From Tetramitus jugosus (lineage: Eukaryota; Protista; Heterolobosea): a stretch of DNA of 64,000 bases. Each line of letters starts with the position of its first letter. Positions within the stretch are counted from its first letter, which is position 1. Shown piece after piece: positions 34,168 to 46,817 of the stretch. The DNA lies in contig OW569395.1 of the NCBI GenBank assembly GCA_937625935.1, positions 124,001 through 188,000 on the forward strand, read 5' to 3'. Below the pieces are notes generated by a model. That model was not told where the DNA came from, did not search any database, and was given only the letters and a program-made list of their open reading frames with translations. A program made the translations under genes and the position numbers.

Positions 34168-34287
34168 GTCTACGTTCATACAATGGTGGAACCACCTCTT
34201 CCCATTTCGAATAGAGAAGTTAAGCACCATCTGGCTGAGTTAGTATTGAGATAGGAGACTACTCGAGAACCCTCAGTAATGTAGGCT
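34168..34287 (+). rRNA. 5S rRNA (single copy in window)
   Basis: GTCTAC..CATAC..GAAGTTAAGC..GTTAGTATTGAGATAGGAGAC..GAGAA..GTAGGC then TTTT; about 120 nt, helix I closes, eukaryote-type box A/C. Confidence 0.93.
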
Positions 34288-34326
34288 TTTAACTTTTGGT
34301 TTGTTGCAACACTAAAACAACAATCT

Positions 34327-37270
34327 TTATGTCCATCTGTGACGCTTTTCCAGTTCCTTGAAAGATTGAGATTTGGTCCAGAATCCTACAATGGCTCCAA
34401 ATGAATCTTCTATGTCTTTCAAGACTGGATCAAATAAGGATCTGGAAATATTGTCAATAATATCTTCTCTTTGTGTTTGTTCAGTGACGGCAAGCAACAT
34501 ATCCAACGTGGTTTTCATCTTTCTGTACTTTCCAGTGATCATAACTGCATCGAGGCAGTATTCTGAATCATTGGAGAAGAATAGGTGATGAATTGCTTCC
34601 AATTCTTCAAACACTTGGTTCACAGACTCACTGGTTGCGTCTTCAGAGTCAATCGTCCGCATAAGGTACTTGAAATTATCAATATGACACCAAAACAACA
34701 GTGACTGGATATCAGCTTTCTTGTCATTGCTGTAACGATGTATATACCGTTGTATATCATTTCTCAATGCCTCCACGCGTAAAATATCTCTCAATTTCGT
34801 CTTCTTTACGACTCTCGCGAACAATTCACTGTTCAATTTAGGGATATCAGAAAGGATGAAAACAGGCTCAATGACACAATTGTCCTGCGAGTGCTCCTGG
34901 CTCTTTCTGCTCGATCCATGATCACTGTCCCCATCATTCTCATCGTTGTCTTCTTGAGTTGTTCGATCTTCACTGCCTGTAGTCTTGCTAACTCTGGCAG
35001 AGAGGTAGTCCATCGAAGTTATCGTACTTGTTCTCTTGGCTAATTTCTTATTTTTCTTCTCTTCCAAGTCACGTGTCTTTCGGATTGCTGCTATTGCATC
35101 ACGTAGTTTGACTCTGGCGTGAATAATTTCGGAATCGAACTGCCTCAACAACGCGTCAGAGTTTTGAATTGTGACATATTCCGTGTGAGACAAATATTTG
35201 GTTGTGGCCTTTTGAATCGCGTCAAAATTGCAATCAATTGCAAAGTTGTGTATGGTTGATAGTTGTGCCAACACATTGACTGCTACGGATTGTACGTGAC
35301 AGATGATTTGATAGTAGGAACTGTAGAAGTCGAGATCTTTTGCTACCAGTTCTTCCTTCAGTTGTAAATGAGGTATGCTCAGTGCACTTTGTAACACGGA
35401 ACAAATGCGTGAGTTGACCGTATAGTTTGAAAAATGTTCTAAACAGAGGTTATCAAATGAAAAGTGTGAGAAATCTAAATTAAACAGACACACATCCCAT
35501 TAATCTCACCATACCATAGTTTAGAGCGATATATTGGAACAGACGAATCAATTGGCGAATCAATGACAACTCAACAATGTTCGTATTAGCGCTCGTAATC
35601 GATTTCTGACGTCGTGCCAATGGCTCCAAATACAGTAGAGTTTGTTGCAGTACTTCGTAGGTCAATTCACCCGCCAAATAACCTCCATCAAGCTCAAAAT
35701 AGTTTAACAACATTTGTAAGACGACTTGAACATTACTTGCTTTTGCCTTCTTCAACATCTTCAAAATGACTTGTTGAATCGCATCAGAAGTATCAATGAT
35801 ACTTCCTCTGCCTGACTGCTGCTCAACCAATTCTGTGAGAACGAGAACACCTTTCGTATGATCAAATTCATTCTCACTCATAATCACTTCGGCCAACAAC
35901 TGCAACTCAGTTTCCTTCAATGGAAAACTACCTGGAATCGACACTTCAGTCATGAAATGGAACGAGTTGTCTTTGACGTAGCGACCACCTGTGACATAGA
36001 TTTGAGCACCACAGAAACACAGCGTGTGCCGTATAGTTTTAATATCCCATCCTAGCAAATCAAGGGTATACCTCTCCGTATCAAACACGAGGACATCTCT
36101 GAGAAAGCCATTCACATTCTCACCACCTGCCATCACAATGCGTTTCCCCAACAAACAAGAGCCCGACTGTCTCATTGGCAATGACCGCAGTAGCTTCTCC
36201 GAGGTCTCTCTTGGATAGATAACAGGAACAGTTGGTGCAATTTCGACTTCTTCTTCCAAATCCTCGTTCCACATGACAGAGACGCCGTGACCCAACAAAA
36301 AATCACTAATTTTCTTCCATTTCAAAGTAATCGCACTAAACAGCCAAATATCTGATGCACTCGTCGTCGAAAAAGCAGCAGCAGATGAAGAAGAAGAATT
36401 GGATGATGATGACGACGATGGCTTTCCCAACGTTCCACCCAACATGTAGATTCGTGCATTCACAGCATGCATGACATGACTATGCCGAGCACTTGGAAAC
36501 GGCGATTGTCCATCAGAGCTAATCAAACTCCACTCATTACCATCAATATCAAACATCCACATATCACCTAGAGCTTCACTCCATGAACTACTCGTACTGC
36601 CACCAAACAAAAAGAGCCGTTTGTTGACGCACACCATGGCATGATTGTTTCGTGCACAGGGAACTTGAGAGCTCGATGTTGATTTGGGAGTGACCATGTG
36701 CCAAACAAATGTCTTGAGATCCAAGTAGTAGAGGTTGTGATCCGCACTGGAGGACCAACCTCTCTTGGCACCACCAATGAGATAGACACGATGATATTCC
36801 TGACAAATGGCGATCGCATGAAATTGTCTATGAATTGGTTTGTCTCCCGTTGTTTTTTGCGTGTGCCATGTTCTCTTCTTCACATGATACAAGCACAGGT
36901 CATCATAAAAGGTGCTGCCGTTCGCGCCACCTATTCCTCCGACGTATACAATAAATGGACATTTGACGTACAAGTCATCATAGTCGGAATGATCAAACAA
37001 GAAAAATTCAACGCCCATTCGCTCTTGTTCGACTACGGCGGAGATACTTGAGCGGAAAGAGGGGACCATGTTGAATAACGCCGATTCTCCGCTGCTAGAG
37101 GGTATGGGTATGGATGCAGAGGGTAACTCAACTTGCTTACTCACATAAAAATCATAATTGAAGCACGAGTGACCCTCGATGGGGAATGGCGGAGCGGAGA
37201 ACAATGAAGAACTTCTAACGTTCGCTTTGGCGATGCTCGGTTGATTAATTTCTACACTTTTGAGAACCAT
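34327..37270 (-). CDS. Kelch-repeat protein with C-terminal RGS-like domain (intron 35439-35514)
   Basis: Kelch repeats (PCARNNHAM..LFLFGG, PSARHSH..IYMLGG). GTATGG..TTTAG intron joins the two ORFs in frame. RGS-like QSLLFWCHIDNFK..IHHLFF..SLFDPV..FWTKSQSF. Confidence 0.75.
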
Positions 37271-37608
37271 GTGAACATAAAGATATCAATAAAGCGAAGC
37301 GATAGTTTGTGTTTTGTTGTTTTGTTGTTTTTGTGCTGGATTTCTAGTTCCCCAAGGATCTTGATGGCTTGCGGGGATCTTTCTGACAGGTGAAGGACAT
37401 CGGACTTTAGTTGCATCGAAAAATTTGGCGCGTTTTCTTTGGCGCTCAAAATGGTCAGCAAAGAGATTGAAAAAAAAAACAAGCTTTTCCTCTCCGTGTC
37501 TTCAAGTCGTGATCACACCACCATCCTTTTCTCTAATAACAACAACTCCCATTCAAAAAAAATTTTTGATCCAAAACCTTACACCTACACGTGACGACTC
37601 AATAAGGC

Positions 37609-40600
37609 ATGAATGCTCAACAACAACTCTTAGCTTCTGTTCAATCAGCCATCTACGCACTCTACCACCCACATGAACAACCTATACAACATGCACAAGC
37701 AGATGCCTTCTTGAGAGAATTCAGTGTAACGAATGAAGCATGGGAGATTGCTGGTATATTGATCCTTCATTCTCAGGTACGTCGTCACTCATTTGTTTTT
37801 TAAGCTTTTCACCTTGAATTTTATTGTATTCATGTGTCATATCTTGTTATTGTTATTAACATGATAAAAATTGTTTTTGTTGCGATTGTTGGTGATGATT
37901 GTATATATACAGAGCTTTGAAGAAAGATTTTTTGGATGTCAATTTTTGTACTTGAAATTGACCAAACAATGGAACACACTCGTCAACAAACAACAACAGA
38001 ATCAGATACGTGATTTGATCATGCAGGGCATACTGAGTTCATTCTCAATGTTCAAAATTATGGAAAAGCTTTGCATGTGTCTCGCTGTTTTCACGCTGAA
38101 AAAAGTATGTTTTTTTCCATCATGATATCGAATGTCTAACTTTTTTGAAAAGCTTAAGCTCACAATTTGAATATAAACAATTCAATTTTTGTGTAGATTG
38201 AAGAGACGAGTGAAACTATTGATGCACTCAAGCTATTCACCATGTTTTCATTACCCAATGTCAATCTTGATTATACGAATGATGACCCATCGTTGCTTCA
38301 AGGTTCTCCCATTACCCCACCCAGTGCTCCCTTATCATTTTCTTCCTCTGTTGAAAACAAGAATAGTAGCGACCCATCATCCTCCAATACAAATGGAGTG
38401 ATCACATCATCGTCGATATCTCCTACGACAGTGACACCTACAGCAGCAGTGGCAACAAACTATGTCGTTCAACCATTTTTAATGTGGTTATCATTCGTGG
38501 CAGAAACAGTCGATGAGGATCATTTGATACAGTCCGAGTGGACCAAACTGAGACACCAATTGAATCATGCAATTGATGATATCTTAAATTTTTGCATGTC
38601 TGCCGTAGCAAACAGCAGAATCACTCGTACACAAAATTTGGCCATCAATTGCTTACAAAAATGGATCAAATACGGTATTCCCCTGTCTACGATTTATCGT
38701 GATGGATCAGTGTTTGATTTGGCGTTCAAGTGTCTTGTTCATCCCTCATTGTTCGAAGAGAGTGCATCCTTGTTGTCTGAGATTTTGAGTCAGAGACCAA
38801 AAGAAGAGTACAATGATCGAATGAGAAATTGTGCACTCAAATTGACCAGTTTATCTCACTTTTATGAACAATCATTGAAGAGTATGTGGATACGTATTTT
38901 GTTTGTATGTGGTGTTGTCATTATGATATTTATTCTAATTATTTGCAAAGATGAGGACATTGAAATTTGCAGAGAAATTGTAAAGTTGATTGTGACCTTT
39001 GGAGAGAGTAATACGACGTTGATTGCAAGTGGAAATCCAGAATGTATCCAATTGGTCAAATTCATTTGCATGTGCGTTAGGAATCCAGAGAAGCAAATTG
39101 TCGAGTTGACATATGATTTCTGGTATACGCTGCAAACACAGATTAATTTCCCAGAGTCTCGAGATTTATTTAAGCCCATTTTTAGTGAAATGGCAACCAT
39201 TTTGATCAGTCATTGCAGATATCCAGTGCTACAACCAGATGAAACAATGGACAGTGATGATTTGGAAGAGTTCCAACGATTTAGGAACGAGACGGCAGAT
39301 GTGTTGACTACAGTGTACGAATTGTTGTTCTCTGATTACTTTACCTTGTGCATGAACGGTATTAAACAAGGATTCTTGCGGTACAATCATGACAAGACTC
39401 GGTGGCAATTGATTGAGAGTTCCTTGTTTGCCATTTTGAGTGTTTCAGATTGTGTCAAGCATGAACAATTGGCCAACTTGGTGCCCATTGTACAAATGTA
39501 TAACAGCATGCCATCGGACATTGTTGAGATTCGACATGTTCAAGTGCAAATATTAGGTAGTTATGCACATTGGGTATGCAAACAGAACGAGGACTTTATC
39601 ATGCACGCAATCAACTTTACACTCCAATCCGTCTATCACTTTAGTCAATTGAAGTTGCCTCAGAGAGCACCTGCTGCAAAATCATTTTGTACATTGTGCA
39701 CGAAAGCCGAGTCAACAGTGTCATCTAATCTCAACCTTGCTAGTACACTAATTCAGTCATGCATGTCAAACATTGATCGAATATTGGATGCAGAGATTCA
39801 AATCGAGTTGTATCGCAGTTTATCTCATGTGTTATTCGCAGTCTCCGATATGGATGCTCAATTGAAACTGATGCACTTTATTTTACAGGGAGTGATCAAC
39901 CGTATTAAGAATTATCATGATGCAATCGTATGTTTTGTCATTTTGTGTTATTGTTGATGTTTGAAAAATCGTTTTTGAGTACTCACACGGTTGAAATTTA
40001 GAGCGAAGCCAATATTGGTTCACTGAATATTGAACTTCGGAAGCTTCAGGCATCTATGGAGGCCTGTAACGGTGCAAAGGGCTCTAGGACATTGCTCACC
40101 GTAATTCAACAAATATGGAGTCTGTTGTGTGAAACAATGATTGGTTACAAGATGTCCTGTGATGTCATATCACAATTCTGTCGATTGTTCAACTGTATGG
40201 TGTGCTCTGTTGGTGTGTTCCCTGAAACATTGGACTTTATGAACAACATTACATTGCTGCTTTACAAAATGTATTACGAGATTCCGTATCCATCATTCCT
40301 GGGAACAATCAATGTCATTACATGTAGGTATTTGTGTTTTTGCGTTTGTTTGTGTGAGTCAATCTATTTTGCTCTCTATTTCAAGATTCTTGAAACCAAC
40401 TCAGCACACATTTACTAATATTGAAGGTGCTTTAGATGGACAGGATGCGAACACGTCTGTGTATCAATCTCTGGCAGCGAATTACATGGGCATTTGTGCA
40501 AAAACATTTGAAATTGCCGATTTTTTGAATAATGATGATCTCGTGATGGAATTCTTCAAGTTGCAATCCTCGGTGATGAAATCTCATCCACTAATCTTCT

Positions 40601-41061
40601 TCGCCAGAGAAGATGCTGTGGAAGCTATTCTGGACAAGGCAGTTTCATACATCGGTCATCAAAACGCAGAGGCAATGTCTCAAGTCGTCCGATTCATTGT
40701 AGGTTTCTTGGAATTTGATGCCAAGACTCATGCACGACTACGCCAGACCTGGCATGAACTGCTTAAGTGCATTTCACCAAAGTTGGTGCCTGCAGTGTTG
40801 AAGGCAATTCTATTTCAGAATCATCCAGCTTCCAGAGAGCTGCTCAAGGTCTTGTATGCTTACAGGCACAACAAGATATTCCTGACAACATTTGCTGACA
40901 ATTTCATTCGATTTGATAGGACCATTGAAGAACTGCAAGCAATTCCTCAAGCCGAAAAAGCAAGTTTTGTGAACTCCCTGGGTATTTGCAATTCATCCTT
41001 TCGACTGAGAGATGCCATTGAGAAGTTCAAGAAGACGATTGCCCAAGCTGCAAGTCAGTAG
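37609..41061 (+). CDS. Importin-beta family karyopherin (transportin-SR/importin-13-like), multi-exon
   Basis: AIYALYHP..QADAFL..EAWEIA, LTYDFWYTLQ, FQRFRNETADVL, WQLIESSLF. Introns at about 37777-37912, 38105-38196, 38882-38950, 39928-40001, 40328-40385. Confidence 0.85.
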
Positions 41062-41192
41062 CACCACCATTTTAAAAAAACCAATATTTGAATAAATTAT
41101 TACCCATGAAGTACAATGAAGGTCGGTTGTATTGACTTTTCGACAAGAATCTTGTTGCTAAGTCAGAAAGTTCAACACAAATAAATTATTGT

Positions 41193-42647
41193 TTACTTTG
41201 ATGGTGGTTGCTCTGAGCTAGGTGGATCAGAGCTTAACATGTGTTGTAGCGAGGGTAACTGCTGGTGACCATGCGGCATCATTGGTTGTTGTTGCTGTGG
41301 ATGATGCGGTGGTGGCACTGGAAATGCATTTTTCGTATTCATTGGAAAGCTCGGAAGTGGGGTTGGGACATGTGGCGTTGTTCCAGCGCCATGCGGCAGT
41401 GGTGGTAATGTAGGAAGACCAACAGGCCTTTGATTCTGTGGTGGTATAGGAAGTGCACCCGGAGAGCGTAAACCAGGTGGTGGAGATCCAAGTGGCTGTT
41501 GCGCAGATGGAAGCATCGATGGCGAAAAATTAGAGTACGATGGTGATGGCATTCCACCAACAGGCAACGGAAGCTTCCGAGCCACTCCTCTTGCACCACC
41601 ACTGGGCATTCCCATGGCCGACATGATTGCATTGGCACTATTTACAGATGAAGCAGAAGCAAAACTACTCTCTTCACTGCTGGAAGAAGCAGCCACTTCT
41701 TCACTCTTCTTTTTTCGGCCCCTCTTCTTTGGTGGTTCACCAGTCGATGAAGAAGCCTTCGAGTTTCTCCTCTTCTTAGCACTCTTGGGAACAGTGATGG
41801 AATCTTCGTCTTCCTCCTCTTCTGCACCGCCTGGTGAAGACGGAGAATCACTGGCGGAGATTTTACTGGCAATCTTGCTCTTCAAAAAATCAAATTTTTC
41901 GTTCGAGTCCACACATTGCTTGAGATGAGCAGCAGACATGGTTTTTGTGCCCTTGGAGCTCTTTGTAACCTCTAGTGTTCCCTTGACCAAATCTGAAATA
42001 AAAAGCTCTAGGCATCTAGAGAGAAGAATGGGCACTGGAGCAGCAATTTTACCCACTTCTTCATCTTGTTGCATAATCTTCTTGATACGGGCCTTTGGGA
42101 AAGTCACTCTATTTTTACCTCTCTTGCCAATCATTGATTCATCAGAAGCATTGTTGTGGATGGGTGAGGCTGGAGCAATGGTGGGACCTGGAAGACTTGT
42201 TCTTCTATTGTTGTTCATGGCATTATTTTGTTGTTGTTGTTGATTCGTATAGTGTTGTTGTTGTTGTTGTTGTTGTTGATTGATTGGTGAAGCTTGTTGA
42301 TGATGATGACGTGGTTGTTGTTGTTGTTGGTTGGAAGCTTTTGCTGTAGTGGAGGCGGAGATTACTCGTGCTTGGCGCGCATTTTTCATCGGAGATTCTT
42401 GAATGCTATCAATGGAGAGTTGAACGGTGGAGCGTTGTTGTGGGAGAAAAACAGGCTTATTATTTTGCATCATGGGTGTGGGTCGCGATTGCTGTTGTTG
42501 CATGATAGGTGGTGATGGTTGTTGTTGTTGTTGTGAATTTTGTTGTTGTGATTGTGGAGCTATTAATATGGTGCCACTCTCTAGTGTGGTACAATAATCC
42601 TCTTCTTCTTCATGTTGCGTGTGGTTATTGTTGTTGTTGTTGCTCAT
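41193..42647 (-). CDS. NC2-alpha/DRAP1-like histone-fold protein with Q/P-rich extensions
   Basis: FPKARIKKIMQQDEEVGKIAAPVPILLSRCLELFISDLV..HLKQCV..FDFLK. Confidence 0.88.
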   Translation of the reverse strand: MSNNNNNNHTQHEEEEDYCTTLESGTILIAPQSQQQNSQQQQQPSPPIMQQQQSRPTPMMQNNKPVFLPQQRSTVQLSIDSIQESPMKNARQARVISASTTAKASNQQQQQPRHHHQQASPINQQQQQQQQHYTNQQQQQNNAMNNNRRTSLPGPTIAPASPIHNNASDESMIGKRGKNRVTFPKARIKKIMQQDEEVGKIAAPVPILLSRCLELFISDLVKGTLEVTKSSKGTKTMSAAHLKQCVDSNEKFDFLKSKIASKISASDSPSSPGGAEEEEDEDSITVPKSAKKRRNSKASSSTGEPPKKRGRKKKSEEVAASSSSEESSFASASSVNSANAIMSAMGMPSGGARGVARKLPLPVGGMPSPSYSNFSPSMLPSAQQPLGSPPPGLRSPGALPIPPQNQRPVGLPTLPPLPHGAGTTPHVPTPLPSFPMNTKNAFPVPPPHHPQQQQPMMPHGHQQLPSLQHMLSSDPPSSEQPPSK

Positions 42648-42810
42648 TCTTTTTTGATTGACTTGTTCTTTCTGATTGTTGATTTTTTTTGTTGTATGAT
42701 CTTTTTTGTTGAGCGGGGAAAATTTGTTTTTTGAGCGGGAAGTCCCATCGCTAAAATTTACAGTTTTAAAGTGAGTGGATGAGAAAATCTGTCAAAGAGA
42801 GGAACAAACA

Positions 42811-44373
42811 ATGACTGAACCAGTGAGTGATGAAAAGTTGAAGAAAATTATAGAAGCAGCAAAAGCTTCTCTCCTTCATTACACGGCCAAACCAGAGATG
42901 CTGGACAAATACTTGCCAAAACCTCCCTTTGGTTTTCTTCAAATGTTGATTCGAGAAGTCATTGAAAAGAGTGGATATGCAGAGGGACTGTTCTCTTCGG
43001 ACGAATTGAATGAAAAAGTGAAGAGAGACAAGGAAGAGAAACTCGAATTCCTTCGAAAGATCATTAATTGTGTTGTACTGACCATGAGAAAGAATTTGGC
43101 GATCAAACCAGTTAAGGTTGCAGCGGGATTAGAACCAGAAAAAACGAATTTATTCTTGAGAATGCTGGTAGAGTGCGCAAAGAACAAGGAAAAGTATGAG
43201 TGGCAGAAAGTTGTAGCTCGGATCAAGTCAGGTCAATACAAGGATGTCACAGAGAGAACGCAAGAAAAATCGGAAGATCCCTCGACAACATCCAGCAAAA
43301 CAGCTCCAGCTCCGTCACAAAACACCCGTGCAGTGAAGAATTCAAAAAATTCCGACGCAAATGAACAAGCAGCCGTCGAGGAACAGAGGGACACTCAACC
43401 AAGGCAGTCTGGTTCCGCCAATCGATCTCGCCCCTCTTCCCAGCGCACAAATCAACAAACTGCAGATCCTATCAATCCTCCTCAATCTAATTCGCGGCAA
43501 GGAAGTGCCAGTCGTAGGCCGCAAAGTGGAGCGACGAAGTCAGAGAATGAGGATGATGAGGATCAGGAAGAAGCAACCGATGATAGAGCAGAGTATTCAG
43601 CTCCTTCTGGATCTTCTCATCAATTGGCGAGACCATCTACAGCTCGTCCTGCTCCTCCAAAATTGAAGAACAACGTTAGAGCTGTGGAAGAATCTGTTCA
43701 AGCTCGTACTTCAGGTTCAGAAGCAAAGAGAGAGGTGATCGTGGATAAACCTAGCATCATATCTGGAGATAATGACGACGACGATGACGGAATTATAATT
43801 GAAAATGAACCTCTGTCCGAGACACAAAACCGTTCCCGAGACCAGACATCTGATCAACAGACTGGTTTCCTAGTGGATCAACTAAGGAATCAGAAAGGGT
43901 CACGGAAAGAGCAAACCAACAACAACAGTGCGAACTCTGTACAGAACAAAGCTGGAGTGAAAAGAACTGGAATTGTTCTTAAGACGAGCAACATTAAGTC
44001 AACTGGAACAGCTTCTTCAACTATCCAAGCGGGAGGAAATGCTCAAACGGAGGTGTCCAAGCTAAGAACAACAATTCAAACCCTATGTACAAAAACGAAT
44101 CCACTGGGGAAAACCATGGAATACATCCAAGAAGATCTGGATGTTATGCAGCGAGAACTAGACCAATGGAAGAAAGAAAGAACAATACAGAACGAGAAAC
44201 TCATAAAGGAAAAGGAAAAGACAGAAGAAGAACTAAAAACCTTGAAAGTCAGTATCTCCCATATTGATCATAAGTTAGAAGCTGTCTTGGAGAAAATTAG
44301 GAGTACAAAAGCGAACATCCTTAGAGGAGATGCCAAGATTGAAAAGTTACTGAGAAATGTTGTCAATCAATAA
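42811..44373 (+). CDS. IFT54: Intraflagellar transport protein IFT54/TRAF3IP1
   Basis: KPPFGFL, KVAAGLEPEKTNLFL, RPSTARPAPP, IQTLCTKTNPLGKTMEYIQEDLDVMQRELDQW. Confidence 0.92.
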   Translation: MTEPVSDEKLKKIIEAAKASLLHYTAKPEMLDKYLPKPPFGFLQMLIREVIEKSGYAEGLFSSDELNEKVKRDKEEKLEFLRKIINCVVLTMRKNLAIKPVKVAAGLEPEKTNLFLRMLVECAKNKEKYEWQKVVARIKSGQYKDVTERTQEKSEDPSTTSSKTAPAPSQNTRAVKNSKNSDANEQAAVEEQRDTQPRQSGSANRSRPSSQRTNQQTADPINPPQSNSRQGSASRRPQSGATKSENEDDEDQEEATDDRAEYSAPSGSSHQLARPSTARPAPPKLKNNVRAVEESVQARTSGSEAKREVIVDKPSIISGDNDDDDDGIIIENEPLSETQNRSRDQTSDQQTGFLVDQLRNQKGSRKEQTNNNSANSVQNKAGVKRTGIVLKTSNIKSTGTASSTIQAGGNAQTEVSKLRTTIQTLCTKTNPLGKTMEYIQEDLDVMQRELDQWKKERTIQNEKLIKEKEKTEEELKTLKVSISHIDHKLEAVLEKIRSTKANILRGDAKIEKLLRNVVNQ

Positions 44374-44412
44374 TCTCGTTGTATTGTACATGTAATTTTC
44401 ATTTTCCTTTGA

Positions 44413-44992
44413 TCAATCTTGCAAACGTTTCTTGAACCACTTTGTCTTCTCGCTGGCTATTCCTTCGTTGTAGAACCCGATAGGAGGACCATTGGCACCG
44501 TGATCTACAAAGGTACTCCTATTTGTGGTCTTGAATCTTGTCCTCTCTGTATCAGAGCTTCTACCATACTTTATCTGAAATTGATGCTCATTTCTTTGTG
44601 CGCAATGTCGAGTGTAGGGTATTGGTTCATTCTCAAACTTTACAAGTGGTCTATTTCTCAATGACGTTTCAGAATAAGGTTCTAAGGGCTTCTTCTCAGC
44701 ATTTGGGCCTCGAATCATCACTGGTTTCTTATAGTACGTGTGATATGTGCTATTCAATGCGATAAGAAGGGTTTATGGAGGAACACAACAATTGTTACTT
44801 GAGCTATCACCGAAGCAGGATTGGAAAGAACACTATTAATACTTACGTTTCCTTAGATAAACTGTCAGATGGACTATTTCCTAGGGAACTTTTGAGAGCC
44901 GATTGGTTGGTTCCCTGGTGAACAACTGCGAACAGCTCCCCGTTTCTTCTGATGATTGATGAAGACGATCCCGTACGAGAGGATTCACTCAT
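44413..44992 (-). CDS. Small basic hypothetical protein (intron 44750-44846), possibly axonemal
   Basis: GTAAGT..AATAG intron joins the ATG at 44992 in frame with the 44413 ORF; the axonemal role is a guess from context. Confidence 0.6.
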
Positions 44993-45200
44993 GTCTCTCT
45001 TAAATTTCGTACTATTCATCCCTATTTCTTATTTTCCTACCTTGATAGAGTCACCTACTTAGTTGATAAAGATCATGGAGCCAGCAAGGTGCGCGCCAAA
45101 ACGATCAATCTACAGTCCCGCGCTATGGGTCGCAACATTCATAATTTTTTCATTCATTCAAACAAAGGAGAATTCAACTAGATTGAAGAAGCAGCAAGAA

Positions 45201-46817
45201 ATGCAAGATTTGACAAGAGAAGAAAGAAAGAGGTTAACAGAGTGCATGAAAGACTCACAATTCATGAACTTGTTGGCAGACTATGCAAAAGAGATTTCCG
45301 ATCCAAAACATCGCTTAGAGAATGAATTGTACATTAAGCAGCTCGAACAAGAACAGGGAGGTCCATTGACAAGTGAAAATTCTGTTGTTATGATACCTGA
45401 TGCTGTAAGTATTCTTTTTCTTTGGTTGTTGTGCGATCTGTCATGTTTAGAGGTGTCTCTTCTCTTGTATTGACTTCTTTGAAATCAGTGTTTCTGTGTG
45501 AAAACGAGATCCAACAAGAACAAGTGTACAGTTTTTCTCAACATATGTAGCTCTGACAAGGTGGAACGAATGACGGAGAAGAAGGTGACTCAGGGAGGTA
45601 GAACCGGCTCAAACTTTAGCATTCCACTGAGTTTGGGTAAAGTCAAGGAAGATAGTATCAATGAGAAGGACAATTGTCTTGTGTATGATATCGTGTTTCA
45701 TCCTGAAACTGCAATTCAAGCGCTAGGAAATGTTCGATTCCGAAATATGATTGTTGAGCTATCGATGGATCAAATTGACAAGAGTTGTGACGAATCCCTT
45801 GATAGAAAGTTTGTTTCATACAAGGAAGCGTCCAAAGGCAGTCCATCTCCTCAAACGATTCGGTTAGAAAAGCAGAATCTGGAGAATTCTGCTCAAACTG
45901 GTAACGAAAAACCAAAGAGAGTTGATTTGCGTAGTCAGAAAGAGGAAAGTGAACCTCTTAAGAAACAAAGCAATGATAATCCTAGTGACCCAACAGATGA
46001 ACTTATGAGAGCATTCGAGAAGAGTTTAATGGGAAAGACTGTATCAGATTTCGAAGATTTGAAGATGCCCGAGTCTCAACGCCCAGTTTCCAAGAAGAAA
46101 TTGATCACTGAAGTAGCTTCGAAGGAAAATGATGATTGTACATGTGATGGATACACAATTCCTAAGTACAGTATTGTTCACAGAGGTAACTTTAAGATAG
46201 AAGAACACACGATGGACAACTCTACACCATTCGAAAATATCCCTGCCGAGCTCATTGTAAAAGTCATTTTACCTCGGAATCATAGTGCCGCAAATATTGA
46301 GCTAGATATAACCAAGAAGAGTATTTTACTAGTGGACGAGAAGAGCTTGTATAAATTGAATGTTGATCTCCCATATGAAGTCGAAGAAAGTAGTGGTTCT
46401 GCAAAATTTGAAAAGAAGACGAGATCATTGTCTGTCACTCTTTCAGTGTTGCAACCTAAAATGGTACCAGTTCCTTTTGTTGAACCCCTAAATGAAGAAG
46501 AAACAACTAGTAATGAGGAGAAAGAAGAGGAATCAGCGCTAGAGCCAACACAAGAAAAACAGTTGCCCAATAACATAACTTCGGACGTGTCAGAAGAGGA
46601 TTCAGTTGGTGACGAAAAGCAGCATGTCCCCTTATCAGTAGATCCCCCTGTGACTCTTGAAGATCCGAATGACATTTCTTCTGATCTAGTCCAAATCCTC
46701 GAAGAATCTAAGCCTGTGAAGGAAACAGTGGTTCCAAAAGCAGTTGCAGAAAAGACTCATTCGATTAATTTCTTTGATACAACATTTACGAATCGGTATC
46801 TCAAAGAGATAGATTAA
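45201..46817 (+). CDS. DNAAF2: Kintoun/PF13 dynein axonemal assembly factor (intron 45405-45488)
   Basis: FMNLLADYAKEISDPKHRLENELYIKQLE; PIH1 domain (VFLNIC..IPLSL..VYDIVFHP); CS domain LPYEVEESSGSAKF. Confidence 0.9.

Noticed and set aside
34190-34225. Bacterial-looking 5S loop suggesting contamination
   Set aside because: The 3' half and T4 terminator are eukaryote-type, and flanking genes are eukaryotic.
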